A stretch of 19,027 bases of DNA from Chlamydiota bacterium (GCA_048498835.1 JBEHXF010000039.1:1-19027), one strand, 5' to 3'. Positions 8,717-17,484 are shown, counted from the stretch's first letter. Numbers and translations: made by a program. The notes: generated by a model from the letters alone, not told the origin.

Positions 8717-9730
8717 ATGCAAACCGTAGCTATCATTGGCGCAACCGGCGCCGTAGGAAATGAAATTGTCAGACTCTTAGCCGAACGTCTTTTTCCGGTG
8801 AAATCTCTCCGCTGTTTTGCCTCACCGCGCTCTATCGGTCGATCCATCTTCTTTCGCGATAGAAAAATTCCAATTGAACTTCTGACAAAAAAAGCGCTGC
8901 AAGAAATCGATCTCGCTTTTTTTGCTGCAGGATCGGCCATTTCAAAAGAATGGATCCCGCAAACAAAAGCGCTCTGCATCGATTCGAGCTCCGCCTTCCG
9001 AATGGATCCATCCGTTCCTCTTGTCATTCCCGAGATCAATCCAGAAGCTCTAAAACATCACAAACGAATCATTGCTTCTCCAAACTGCACAACGACCATG
9101 CTTCTGATGCCGCTGGCTCCCCTACACCGCAACTTTCGCGCAAAACGGATCATCGTCTCTTCTTATCAAGCCGCAAGTGGCGGCGGCGCCCAGCTCCTTA
9201 AATACCTCACAGAAGAGTCAAAAGCCACGCTACAAGGAGAAACGATCCCCTCTCAACTCCCCTTTCCTTACGCCTTCAACGTCTTTCCACACAACTCAGC
9301 GCTCCACACTAATGGTTATGTCGAAGAAGAGATGAAAATGGTCCATGAGACGCGCAAGATCCTCGGCGATGATTCCATTCGCCTTACAGCGACCTGTGTC
9401 CGCGTTCCCGTTATGAGAGCTCATAGCCTTGCCGCCAATGTCGAATTCGGCAAAGCATTTACACTCGAAGAAGTTTATCAAGCAGTGAACTCCATGCCCG
9501 GCCTAAAAGTCTTTGAAGATAGAAAGAATAATCGATTCGCAACCCCATCCGATGCAACAGGGCGCAATGAGGTACTCTGTGGTCGATTCCGCCTGGATCT
9601 AACCCAGCCGAACACGCTCGAATTCTGGAGTGTCGGCGATCAACTCCTAAAAGGGGCTGCTCTCAACGCTGTCCAAATCGCCGAAACCTGGCTCGCTCTC
9701 AACCATTCCTCTCTCGAATCCAGCATTTAA
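8717..9730 (+). CDS. asd: Aspartate-semialdehyde dehydrogenase
   Basis: IIGATGAVG, DSSSAFRM, PEIN, catalytic PNCTT, SYQAASGGG, TCVRVPV..H, DQLLKGAALNAVQIAE. GAGG RBS. Confidence 0.95.
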   Translation: MQTVAIIGATGAVGNEIVRLLAERLFPVKSLRCFASPRSIGRSIFFRDRKIPIELLTKKALQEIDLAFFAAGSAISKEWIPQTKALCIDSSSAFRMDPSVPLVIPEINPEALKHHKRIIASPNCTTTMLLMPLAPLHRNFRAKRIIVSSYQAASGGGAQLLKYLTEESKATLQGETIPSQLPFPYAFNVFPHNSALHTNGYVEEEMKMVHETRKILGDDSIRLTATCVRVPVMRAHSLAANVEFGKAFTLEEVYQAVNSMPGLKVFEDRKNNRFATPSDATGRNEVLCGRFRLDLTQPNTLEFWSVGDQLLKGAALNAVQIAETWLALNHSSLESSI

Positions 9731-9756
9731 AATGTACGTACACTTTGTTCTAGTTT

Positions 9757-9788
9757 CGGGCACGGGCACGCACACGGGCTCGGGCACG
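9757..9788. repeat. Short intergenic hexamer tandem repeat (CGGGCA)n
   Basis: CGGGCA CGGGCA CGCACA CGGGCT CGGGCA CG, in an otherwise AT-rich gap between convergent genes. Confidence 0.85.
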
Positions 9789-9800
9789 AATTTCTTAGAA

Positions 9801-10862
9801 TTAAGTAATCTTAGGGACGACGATGGGGGTGTTTCGTTTGAAGGGCCAAAAACTATCCATGTAGAATGGAATCGCGTTTGCACCAGCGAGGAAAAAGTTA
9901 TTCGTCGCATTGACTTTTCTCTGATTCACTTTCGGCAAGAAAGCTGATAAGCCAGCGAAAAATGATAAAAGATAAAGAATTTGCTGTCCTAGTCGCACAT
10001 ATTGCGCGTGATTCCATTCGGCCACAGCATTTTTCATTCTTTGTTTCTGGGCAATTCCTTCCGCGGTCTGCTCTTTTTTATCGACGATGAGCTTCATGAA
10101 TTTAAAGGTTTCTATCGCCGCTATCACACCGATGTTCGCCTGAAGTATTTCCATTCGATCGCTCAGTGCTGCAGCAACATCTGTTTCTTTTCTCAATTGC
10201 TCAATCTGCTGCTTGAGCTGAGACTCATCGAGTTGAGAACCGAGGTCTTGTTTACACCAGATCTGTTTGATGCGGCTCGCAACTTCTGTCAAAACGGGAA
10301 TAGTCGCAATAAAGAAAAGCACTGGCAGAAGCCAAGGATTCGCTGCGAAGAAGGTGCCAATTGCTGTCAGAGCTGCTACTTTCATCGCTAATGATACGAG
10401 GATCATGATCACGCCAATCGAAAAGAAGCAAATAAAGTCGAGAGTGAGTCGAAGCCCTAGTTTCGTATCTCCATTTTTAAACGCCTGGCAAGCTTCCATT
10501 AGAGAAACGAGGGCGACCCCAATGTTGATCAGTCCCGCTATTTCTCCGCAAATGAGGGCGCTAAAGGCCACTCCGCTGAGATGTGTGATCGCGGGCTTGA
10601 GAGCTTGAACGCCCTGAAATCCGAGATAACCCGTCGTAAAGACGTCTCCGCCGATCAAAATGCTTTCGGGTAGAGTTCTTTTCCCTGTCCTCTCTTGAAG
10701 CGCTGCTTCCATAGCCGCTTGCTTTTTGATGATGAGATCTTGCATAAGGTCAGAAACCTTATCTCTTAATGGGACAGCAGCAGGCTCTTGAGACAATTCG
10801 GTTTTTGAAAAACCGAGCAGTCCCCAACTCATATCTTTAAATCGTTGACAAATCCCATTCAT
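9801..10862 (-). CDS. Hypothetical multi-pass membrane protein (Inc-like long hydrophobic hairpin plus coiled coil)
   Basis: 353-aa ORF filling the gap. About 50-aa hydrophobic stretch LDFICFF...IPVL, further TM segments, heptad-like LDESQLKQQIEQLRKE, and no obvious signal peptide. Confidence 0.75.
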   Translation of the reverse strand: MNGICQRFKDMSWGLLGFSKTELSQEPAAVPLRDKVSDLMQDLIIKKQAAMEAALQERTGKRTLPESILIGGDVFTTGYLGFQGVQALKPAITHLSGVAFSALICGEIAGLINIGVALVSLMEACQAFKNGDTKLGLRLTLDFICFFSIGVIMILVSLAMKVAALTAIGTFFAANPWLLPVLFFIATIPVLTEVASRIKQIWCKQDLGSQLDESQLKQQIEQLRKETDVAAALSDRMEILQANIGVIAAIETFKFMKLIVDKKEQTAEGIAQKQRMKNAVAEWNHAQYVRLGQQILYLLSFFAGLSAFLPKVNQRKVNATNNFFLAGANAIPFYMDSFWPFKRNTPIVVPKIT

Positions 10863-11016
10863 AGCCTTCTATTATAATTAAATTATTAATAATAAACAAT
10901 AAATCGCAAATAACTTAAATTCAACACGTAACAAAAAATAATTAAAATAATTAATTTAATTGAAAACCTAGTCGTTGGTTCATATAATCCCCCCACTTTT
11001 ATTGTGGAGAAAACCA

Positions 11017-11580
11017 ATGCATAAAATTACGAATAGTCCAACCTATCAAACAATTTCCGATTGGGCAAACTATGCTCAAAAAAAGGGCATTGAGATTAAA
11101 AATTACGTGTGGCTAAACGTATCGAATCGCCTGGAACTCGATCCCACCACGAAAATTTTATTGGATCCGACAGAAAGCGGAGAGAAAAAAAGACTCGCTA
11201 TTGCAGACGCAGCTTCTATCACTAAATTTGTTTCGATGGGATTGGGCGCCTGTTTTGCTACCGCTCTCCTTGTTTCAGCAATCGCTCTGGCCGCCTTTCC
11301 TATGACAGGAATGGTGAGTATTCTCTGCTGCGTTCTTGGCACGATTCTATCCCACGATCTCTATCAAATTTCTGCGAACGTCGAAACATTGATGAGCGGC
11401 GTGGGGAAATTGGGAAATATTGGACAGCGGATCAGCTGTGCTTGGAGCAATTATAAATTGGCAAACGATCTATTGAAAAACACAGTCGCTTTTGAAAAGC
11501 TCCTCAGACCATGGGTCCAGCGCGAAATCGGTCATACGTTGAAACTCGACCGAGCTCTTTTTTTCATACCGATTAGCTAA
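11017..11580 (+). CDS. Hypothetical protein with a bilobed hydrophobic domain (Inc-like candidate)
   Basis: GGAG RBS at 11006-11009 before ATG 11017. About 42-aa hydrophobic stretch FVSMGLGAC...AAFP...VLGTILS with a central Pro, and a hydrophilic N-terminus. Confidence 0.75.
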   Translation: MHKITNSPTYQTISDWANYAQKKGIEIKNYVWLNVSNRLELDPTTKILLDPTESGEKKRLAIADAASITKFVSMGLGACFATALLVSAIALAAFPMTGMVSILCCVLGTILSHDLYQISANVETLMSGVGKLGNIGQRISCAWSNYKLANDLLKNTVAFEKLLRPWVQREIGHTLKLDRALFFIPIS

Positions 11581-12232
11581 AAAATGGGGCGCTCTGATAT
11601 CGAAGCGCCTCTTTTGTTACGGGATGTGAGAAGGAAAGTTCGGTGCAAGCCAAATGGATCTCCTCTCCATCCCCTCTCTTTGATCCGTATTTTACATCGC
11701 CAATAATCGGATGGGCCATCGCAGAAAACTGCGCACGGATTTGATGGTAGCGTCCCGTTTCCAACTCAATAGAAACGACAGTTGTATGTTCTTTTATGTC
11801 TAAAACTCGATAATGCAAAACTGCTTTTTTGGCCTCTTTGTGACTCTTATCGGCGACGATCGCCCGATGTTCACCATGCACGAGATAATGTTCTAACGTC
11901 CCCTCTTTCTTTCCGATGATTCCCTGCACTTCAGCTGTGTAGAGACGATTGATTTCGTGAGAGCGGGAGAGTTCATTGAGTCGCGTCAGAGCTTTTGAGG
12001 TGCGGGCAAAAAGAACAAGACCGAAGACGGGTCGGTCGAGTCGGTGAATGCAGTGGAGAAAGACGTTGCCCGGTTTCTGATATTGCTGTTTGACCCAAGC
12101 TTTGCAAAAAGTCTCTAAAGAGTCGCGTTCCGACTCGTCAGGTTGAGTCAGCCAACCGCATGGTTTAACCGCCACTAAGAGATGGTTGTCGCAAAAAATA
12201 ATCTCAGGAGCGCCGCTGGCGGACGACTTCAT
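11573..12232 (-). CDS. RluA-family RNA pseudouridine synthase (no S4 domain)
   Basis: DNHLLVAVKP.G, catalytic HRLD, LETGRYHQIRAQ, HPIIGDVKYG. Confidence 0.9.
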   Translation of the reverse strand: MKSSASGAPEIIFCDNHLLVAVKPCGWLTQPDESERDSLETFCKAWVKQQYQKPGNVFLHCIHRLDRPVFGLVLFARTSKALTRLNELSRSHEINRLYTAEVQGIIGKKEGTLEHYLVHGEHRAIVADKSHKEAKKAVLHYRVLDIKEHTTVVSIELETGRYHQIRAQFSAMAHPIIGDVKYGSKRGDGEEIHLACTELSFSHPVTKEALRYQSAPFFS

Positions 12233-13004
12233 AGAGCACCAAAGTTGTAGCTGAGGCGACGTTGAGCGAATCAGCTACGCCAAACATCGGAATCCGCACC
12301 TGGATATCAGCTTCATTCATCCAAGCCTCCGATAATCCATATTGCTCTGTTCCGACGGCAATCGCAACAGGAACTGTGAGATCCACTTTTGTAAACTCGC
12401 TTTTTGCATGAGGAGTTGCCGCCATAATAGCGATCTTATGCTCTTTTAAAAACCGGAGCATTTCAGCGCTATCGGCTTCAAAGACAGGCAAGGTAAACAG
12501 TGTGCCGACGCTGGAGCGAACCACATTCGGATTGTGGATATCTGTCGTTGGATCGCAGACAATCACTGCATCGACCCCTGCCGCATCGCACGAGCGCAAA
12601 ATCGTGCCCAAATTCCCCGGCTTTTCAATGCTCTCGGCAATGACGAGAAAAGGAGACTGCTTCTTTTTTAATAAAGTCTTCAGATCTTCCATTGTTTTGT
12701 GCATCTGCGGCGCGATGCCGAGCAATCCATCGGGACGATCGCGATAAGAAATCTTCGCAAATACTTCAGGCGTACACTCGATTCGCTCTGCGCCAGATTG
12801 CTCAATTAGGGCTCGTTCATTTGAACCCAAAAAGAGCTCCGGACAAAAGAAAATCGTCTCGATCTTATGATGAGAATCGATCGCCCGCTTTAACTCGCGG
12901 TAGCCCTCAATCAAAAATCGGTCGGTCTCATCGCGCGCTTTTCTCTCGCGCAACTTCACCGTCTCTTTGATTTTTGGATTTTGAAGGCTCGTAATTTTAA
13001 GCAT
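12204..13004 (-). CDS. TrmH/SpoU-family (SPOUT) RNA methyltransferase
   Basis: ITS.QNP.IK, EKPGNLGTILRS, GTEQYGLS, IPM.G.ADSLNV. Start reassigned to ATG 13004 (8-bp overlap with the upstream stop). Confidence 0.92.
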   Translation of the reverse strand: MLKITSLQNPKIKETVKLRERKARDETDRFLIEGYRELKRAIDSHHKIETIFFCPELFLGSNERALIEQSGAERIECTPEVFAKISYRDRPDGLLGIAPQMHKTMEDLKTLLKKKQSPFLVIAESIEKPGNLGTILRSCDAAGVDAVIVCDPTTDIHNPNVVRSSVGTLFTLPVFEADSAEMLRFLKEHKIAIMAATPHAKSEFTKVDLTVPVAIAVGTEQYGLSEAWMNEADIQVRIPMFGVADSLNVASATTLVLYEVVRQRRS

Positions 13005-13809
13005 AGAAAACCTTGACGAAAGAGCCGCTTGGAATCGGGAGGGCACCATCTGATGCGAGAAGCATCTCGCCCGTCTCGATTTTCGCACCTGCAAACATCT
13101 GTTTCGCTACGTTTTCCAATGCAATGGGCGTTACGCCCGGTGTGTGGCAAGAGAGAACGAGAAAACGGGGATTTTTGGATAATACAGTTCGGCAAAGCTC
13201 AAGCAATGGAATCAGATCTTCTTCGATCTTAAATACTTCTCCTTGGCTTCCTCTTCCAAAGGTTGGCGGATCGAGCAAAATGCCGTCATAGCGCACGTCG
13301 CGTTTGATTTCGCGGCGCAAAAACTTCATCGCATCGTCGACAATCCAGCGGATTGGCGCTTTTTCCATCCCATTGCGCTTCGCATTTTCGCGCGCCCAAT
13401 CGACCATTCCCTTTGAAGCGTCGAGATGGCACACTTTTGCCCCCTCTTGGGCAAATCCAAGAGTCGCTCCACCCGAATAAGCAAATAGATTTAAGATATT
13501 CGCTTCTTTGCAAAGAGGTCTTAAATCGTCCCAGAGTTTCGCATGCTCGGGAAAAACACCGAGGTGACCAAAATCGGTTGGGGAGATTTTAAACTTCACT
13601 CCTCCCACTTCCGCTTCCCATTCTTGGGGCAATTTAGTTCGGATATTCCATCCGTTTTTATGTTCGCGAGAAAACGTTGCGTCAGCTTCGCCCCACTTCG
13701 CGGGGTGTTGTTTTTTCCATAACGCTTGTTGGCATGGTCGGATAAGAGAATATTTTCCAAAGCGCTCGAATTTGAGCCCTTCGCCACTGTCGATCAATTG
13801 ATAAGTCAT
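12997..13809 (-). CDS. Class I SAM-dependent methyltransferase (RlmI/RlmK-like catalytic domain)
   Basis: GHLGVFPE, LNLFAYSGG, HLDASK, LLDPPTFGRG. ATGA overlap with cinA. Confidence 0.88.
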   Translation of the reverse strand: MTYQLIDSGEGLKFERFGKYSLIRPCQQALWKKQHPAKWGEADATFSREHKNGWNIRTKLPQEWEAEVGGVKFKISPTDFGHLGVFPEHAKLWDDLRPLCKEANILNLFAYSGGATLGFAQEGAKVCHLDASKGMVDWARENAKRNGMEKAPIRWIVDDAMKFLRREIKRDVRYDGILLDPPTFGRGSQGEVFKIEEDLIPLLELCRTVLSKNPRFLVLSCHTPGVTPIALENVAKQMFAGAKIETGEMLLASDGALPIPSGSFVKVFYA

Positions 13810-14924
13810 AAACTCATTTGGTTATGGGCTAGGCGCCGCCAGAGAGCCGCAAGAGCCGTTTGAACAGCTTCTTCGATAGCTGATGCTCGATCGGAGCGGG
13901 CTTGAATCCGGCCGACATCGACAAGGCCGCCGCGCCTTGCAACGGCGATGTAAATCGTTCCCACCGGCTTTTCTTTTGTCCCGCCCGTTGGACCCGCTAT
14001 ACCGGAGACGGCGATAGCCCAATCGGCCTCTGTCCGCTCCAATAGCCCTGCCGCCATCTCTTCGACCGTTTCCCGGCTGACAGCGCCCTTCGTTTTTAAG
14101 GTCTCCGAGGATACCCCAAGTAGCCTTTCCTTCCAAGGATTGGAATAAGCAACCACACAACCCAGCAAAAATTTCGAAGCGCCCGCCAAAGCTGCCAATC
14201 GAGCGGAGATCGCTCCCCCTGTACACGATTCAGCGAGTGCCAGCGTTTCTTTGCGCCCGATCAGCTCTGCGTGTACCGCCTCAGCCAACGTCCCCTCAAA
14301 TGTATGGGTCGGAAAAGTCTTGGCGATTTCATCATTCAATTTTTTTAATTCATCAAAATGAGGCCCTACAAATTCGACGCGGACCGAACCGAGAGAGGGG
14401 TAAATACCAAAGCTCACTTCCGGGTGGGTTTCCTGCATTTGGCGCAAGAAGGGATCGATTTCGACCTCCTTGAATAGACAAAGCGATCTGCTGACAACAT
14501 ATCGTCTAGGAATTTTTTCAAACAACTGCTCGATGAGGGGTGACGCCGACTCCTCGAACATGCGGATCATTTCTCGCGGAACGCCTGGAAGGGCGATGAC
14601 CGCTCGAGCTTTATTGTGGAAGTAAGCACCTTGAGCAGGCCCTACAGGATTATCCAAAAGCTTTGGAGCGGAAGAAAAGATCGGTTTGAGCGCGCTCAGA
14701 GTTAAATCATCGATGGTTGGCCCCAATCCACCTGTTGTGATGATGAGGCTGCTCGATGAGTTGCGTATCGCTGCTTGAATTTCGGTTGGCTGATCTGGAA
14801 TAACTGTATGACGAGAGACGATCAGACCCATCTCGGCGAGTTTACGCGAGAGATAAGCGGCGTTCGTATTGACAGTTTGACCGCTGAGAACTTCATTGCC
14901 TATCGAAAGAATTTCTATCTGCAT
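13806..14924 (-). CDS. cinA: CinA family protein (molybdopterin-binding-like domain plus PncC NMN deamidase)
   Basis: IGNEVLSG..VNTNA, TTGGLGPT.DD.T, LPGVPREM; C-terminal AESCTGG, YSN..K, GAVS, SGIAGP.GG. Start reassigned to ATG 14924. Confidence 0.9.
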   Translation of the reverse strand: MQIEILSIGNEVLSGQTVNTNAAYLSRKLAEMGLIVSRHTVIPDQPTEIQAAIRNSSSSLIITTGGLGPTIDDLTLSALKPIFSSAPKLLDNPVGPAQGAYFHNKARAVIALPGVPREMIRMFEESASPLIEQLFEKIPRRYVVSRSLCLFKEVEIDPFLRQMQETHPEVSFGIYPSLGSVRVEFVGPHFDELKKLNDEIAKTFPTHTFEGTLAEAVHAELIGRKETLALAESCTGGAISARLAALAGASKFLLGCVVAYSNPWKERLLGVSSETLKTKGAVSRETVEEMAAGLLERTEADWAIAVSGIAGPTGGTKEKPVGTIYIAVARRGGLVDVGRIQARSDRASAIEEAVQTALAALWRRLAHNQMSL

Positions 14925-15606
14925 AATGCAACTGTAACACAGAAAGGTTTTTCGCAAGCAATTGTGGATGGCGATTGATCCAGGAAAAACATGTTTTGCC
15001 CAACCGAATCGGGATGTTATTTCGCTTTCCATCGACCATCATCGGCGTGGCGATCGTGTTCTCTCGGATCCAGCGCCGAATCATCTGGAAAAGTTCGGCA
15101 TTGAGCCCCTCTTCCACTTCTAATAATTCCATTGTCTTCGGGTGCTGATAAATCTGCGGAAAAGAAAATTGCAGCCCCCAAAAAATGCTCTCTTTACTCA
15201 TCATCATGGGACGAAATACGTGATCTACCGTGGAATAACCCATCTGATGCACTTGAATTTGAACAATCGGTTCACGGGGCTTCACCATGTAGCGCTGACC
15301 GGGAACTTCCTGAAGCCAAAGTGAATCGCTCGAGCAGGTCCATGCGATCGCCGCAAATGAGCGAAGCTCCGATTCAGAAGGGACCTTCCCCTCTTTTAAC
15401 CCTTCTATCCAAGAAGAATAGGCAGAAATAAATCGCTCTTTAGAAAGAGGAAGTTCGTCCAAACGGAAAAGACCGGACAGAGGAAAAAGGAGAGCGTCTC
15501 CTAATAAGTTAGCTAACGCTTCCCCATCGAGAAGAGCTTGCACTTTAAGCCATTTTGCAGCCTGAAAAAAACCCTCAGCAGAGGGAGTCGAAATAAGAGG
15601 GGTCAT
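14893..15606 (-). CDS. Hypothetical protein (237 aa) within the operon
   Basis: ATGA coupling to lspA and overlap with the cinA start. Globular-looking sequence (FWGLQFSFPQIYQHP) with no motif I can name. Confidence 0.8.
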   Translation of the reverse strand: MTPLISTPSAEGFFQAAKWLKVQALLDGEALANLLGDALLFPLSGLFRLDELPLSKERFISAYSSWIEGLKEGKVPSESELRSFAAIAWTCSSDSLWLQEVPGQRYMVKPREPIVQIQVHQMGYSTVDHVFRPMMMSKESIFWGLQFSFPQIYQHPKTMELLEVEEGLNAELFQMIRRWIRENTIATPMMVDGKRNNIPIRLGKTCFSWINRHPQLLAKNLSVLQLHYADRNSFDRQ

Positions 15607-16094
15607 GATTTTACGATGCGAAGCCTATCCATGCGTGAAGCGATCAGAAGGGTGATGACTCCAATTGTAATGCAGCTATCGGCCACGTTAAAAATGGGAA
15701 ACGAATGGCCCCAGAAAGAAAAATGAAGAAAATCAACCACAAAGCCATAGGCCCAGTAGTCGATTGCATTCCCGATTGCTCCCGTTGTAATCAACCAAAG
15801 AGGAAGGGCTGGAGATTGCCCGCGATTAAAAAAGAGGAGGTAGACAAACAAAGAGGCAATCACAATCGAGCGGAAAAGGAATAACAGTCCAGAGTAGCCC
15901 TGAAAAAGACTCCAAGCAGCTCCTGTATTACCTACGACATTGAGAGAAAAACTCACACCGCTCCAATGAAAAACCGGGACGCCTCCATAAGGATAAGATC
16001 CCGATTGAAACGGAGGAATCGATTCCAAAGCAAAGTGCTTGGAACCGATATCCAACGCCAATAGGAAAGCAAAAAAGAGAACCCACTTTTTCAC
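15603..16094 (-). CDS. lspA: Lipoprotein signal peptidase II
   Basis: D..SK, NTGAAWS, GAIGNAID, VVDF, FNVAD. GTG start in a GTGA overlap with dksA. Confidence 0.95.
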   Translation of the reverse strand: MKKWVLFFAFLLALDIGSKHFALESIPPFQSGSYPYGGVPVFHWSGVSFSLNVVGNTGAAWSLFQGYSGLLFLFRSIVIASLFVYLLFFNRGQSPALPLWLITTGAIGNAIDYWAYGFVVDFLHFSFWGHSFPIFNVADSCITIGVITLLIASRMDRLRIVKS

Positions 16095-16459
16095 TGAACG
16101 AGCCCTTTTTCAAAACGCTCTTGCGCTTTCACGGTCATAGTCGCATAGGGAATCGCCTCTAGTCGTTTGATCGGGATCTCTTCGCCCGATAAATCGCAAA
16201 CGCCATAGGTGTCTTCTTCAATTTTCTCTAGTGCTCGGTCGATTTGGCGCAAGACGACGAATTCTTTATTGGTCACTTCGAGATTGATGTTCTTGACGAA
16301 ATCATCTGTCCCCTCATCAGCAGCATGTTGCGAATAACCCTTCGCTTCATCCGGAGAAGTGACCTCTTTTTTACTCCCTTCAAGAGCGCGCATCACTTGT
16401 TTACGTAATTCTTGCAAACGAGTTTTAAAGTGGGCAACGTCACTTTTCTTCAGGGGCAT
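16091..16459 (-). CDS. dksA: DksA/TraR family RNA polymerase-binding factor, chlamydial type
   Basis: Coiled coil with HAADEGTD tip, then IDRALEKI...YGVCDLSGEEIP..RLEAIPYA. Start ATG 16459 fits the GAGGA spacing (alternative 16465). Confidence 0.9.
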   Translation of the reverse strand: MPLKKSDVAHFKTRLQELRKQVMRALEGSKKEVTSPDEAKGYSQHAADEGTDDFVKNINLEVTNKEFVVLRQIDRALEKIEEDTYGVCDLSGEEIPIKRLEAIPYATMTVKAQERFEKGLVQ

Positions 16460-16949
16460 GGGCATGTTCCTCTTGTTCAAGTTCTTTTAGAGCTGCGCCT
16501 CCAGTTGGCGCAATCGACTGAATCGCTTCTACGAGTTCCTTAATATGCTTAAACCGCTTGTATACGCATGCAAAACGGATGTAAGCGACTACATCGATTG
16601 CAAGCAAACTCTGCAGGACAATCTCTCCGAGTTCTTGACTTCCGATCTCCCGAATCCCTTTTGCCAAAAGATCCGCCTTAATCTTATACGCCAACGCTCG
16701 TACTTGGTCATGACTCACTCGCGTGTGACGGCAAGCAGCGTCCAAACCATTGATCAATTTTTCCTGTAGAAAGTCCTCATAAGTGCCATCTCGCTTCTTA
16801 ACCTGTAGACTCAAATCGACTGTTTCAAAAGTCGTAAATCTACGCATGCATTGACCACACTCCCTTCTTCGCCGGATCGCATTGAGATCCGCAGCAAAAC
16901 GGGAATCGGTCACCTTAGAATCTTCGTGGTTGCAAAACGGACAGCGCAC
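16440..16949 (-). CDS. nrdR: Transcriptional repressor NrdR
   Basis: MRCPFC, V.DSR, IRRRREC..C..RFTTFE, ATP-cone V.KRDG, VAYIRFACVY. GTG start. Confidence 0.96.
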   Translation of the reverse strand: MRCPFCNHEDSKVTDSRFAADLNAIRRRRECGQCMRRFTTFETVDLSLQVKKRDGTYEDFLQEKLINGLDAACRHTRVSHDQVRALAYKIKADLLAKGIREIGSQELGEIVLQSLLAIDVVAYIRFACVYKRFKHIKELVEAIQSIAPTGGAALKELEQEEHAHAPEEK

Positions 16950-17035
16950 GTCTTCAGCCTTTTTTCAGCTCGTCTGCCATCTTTTAGATGGTTAAGATAT
17001 TTTTGTGAACTTCTTTCAATCGGTCAGGATGGAAG

Positions 17036-17044
17036 ACTATAGCA
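17036..17044 (-). promoter_or_regulatory. Candidate extended -10 promoter for the nrdR operon
   Basis: Minus strand TGCTATAGT (TGn-TATAGT) about 90 nt upstream of the nrdR start. No well-spaced -35. Confidence 0.4.
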
Positions 17045-17484
17045 AAAAGGGGTATCTCAAGAAAGATTTAAGTGACAATCGTTTATTTCTAAATAATTTA
17101 TTACCAAATATCCTGCATCTTTTAAAATTAAATTATGATGAAAACATTTATAACAAACAGATACTTAAACATAAAAATTGATAACAAAGCTGAATTTAAT
17201 TCTATTACTATAGAATTCAATCAAAAGCTCGTATAACGCAAGATTTCCCCTACTTTGTCACTAGCCAGAGCGAATTCGATGGAGACCGGAAAGCTTTGAA
17301 AGAAGAAGAAAAACCCTTCCTCATCAATTAAAACTATAATCATATAAATTCCGCATTTTAATTCTACCCTCTTATAAACATGAATTTTTTGCTTATATGC
17401 AATAAATTCATTAGCATTGTTTTATTAACATAATATTAATAAAATAGATGGCCAGGGTAATAAAAATAATAAAACAGGGCTAAT

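Noticed and set aside
8668..9039. N-terminal extension of gmhA suggesting a fusion
   Set aside because: It is the antisense of asd. GmhA homology begins near ATG 8667.
13005..15032. Extended N-termini of the trmH-like gene (to 13094) and cinA (to 15032), and likewise E2 (to 7153)
   Set aside because: They overlap upstream genes. Downstream ATGs match the family N-termini and give typical short overlaps.
16950..17484. NrdR boxes, a tRNA or IS ends in the long spacer
   Set aside because: No convincing tandem NrdR-box palindromes, cloverleaf or terminal inverted repeats were seen. The DNA is mostly AT-rich, promoter-like sequence.
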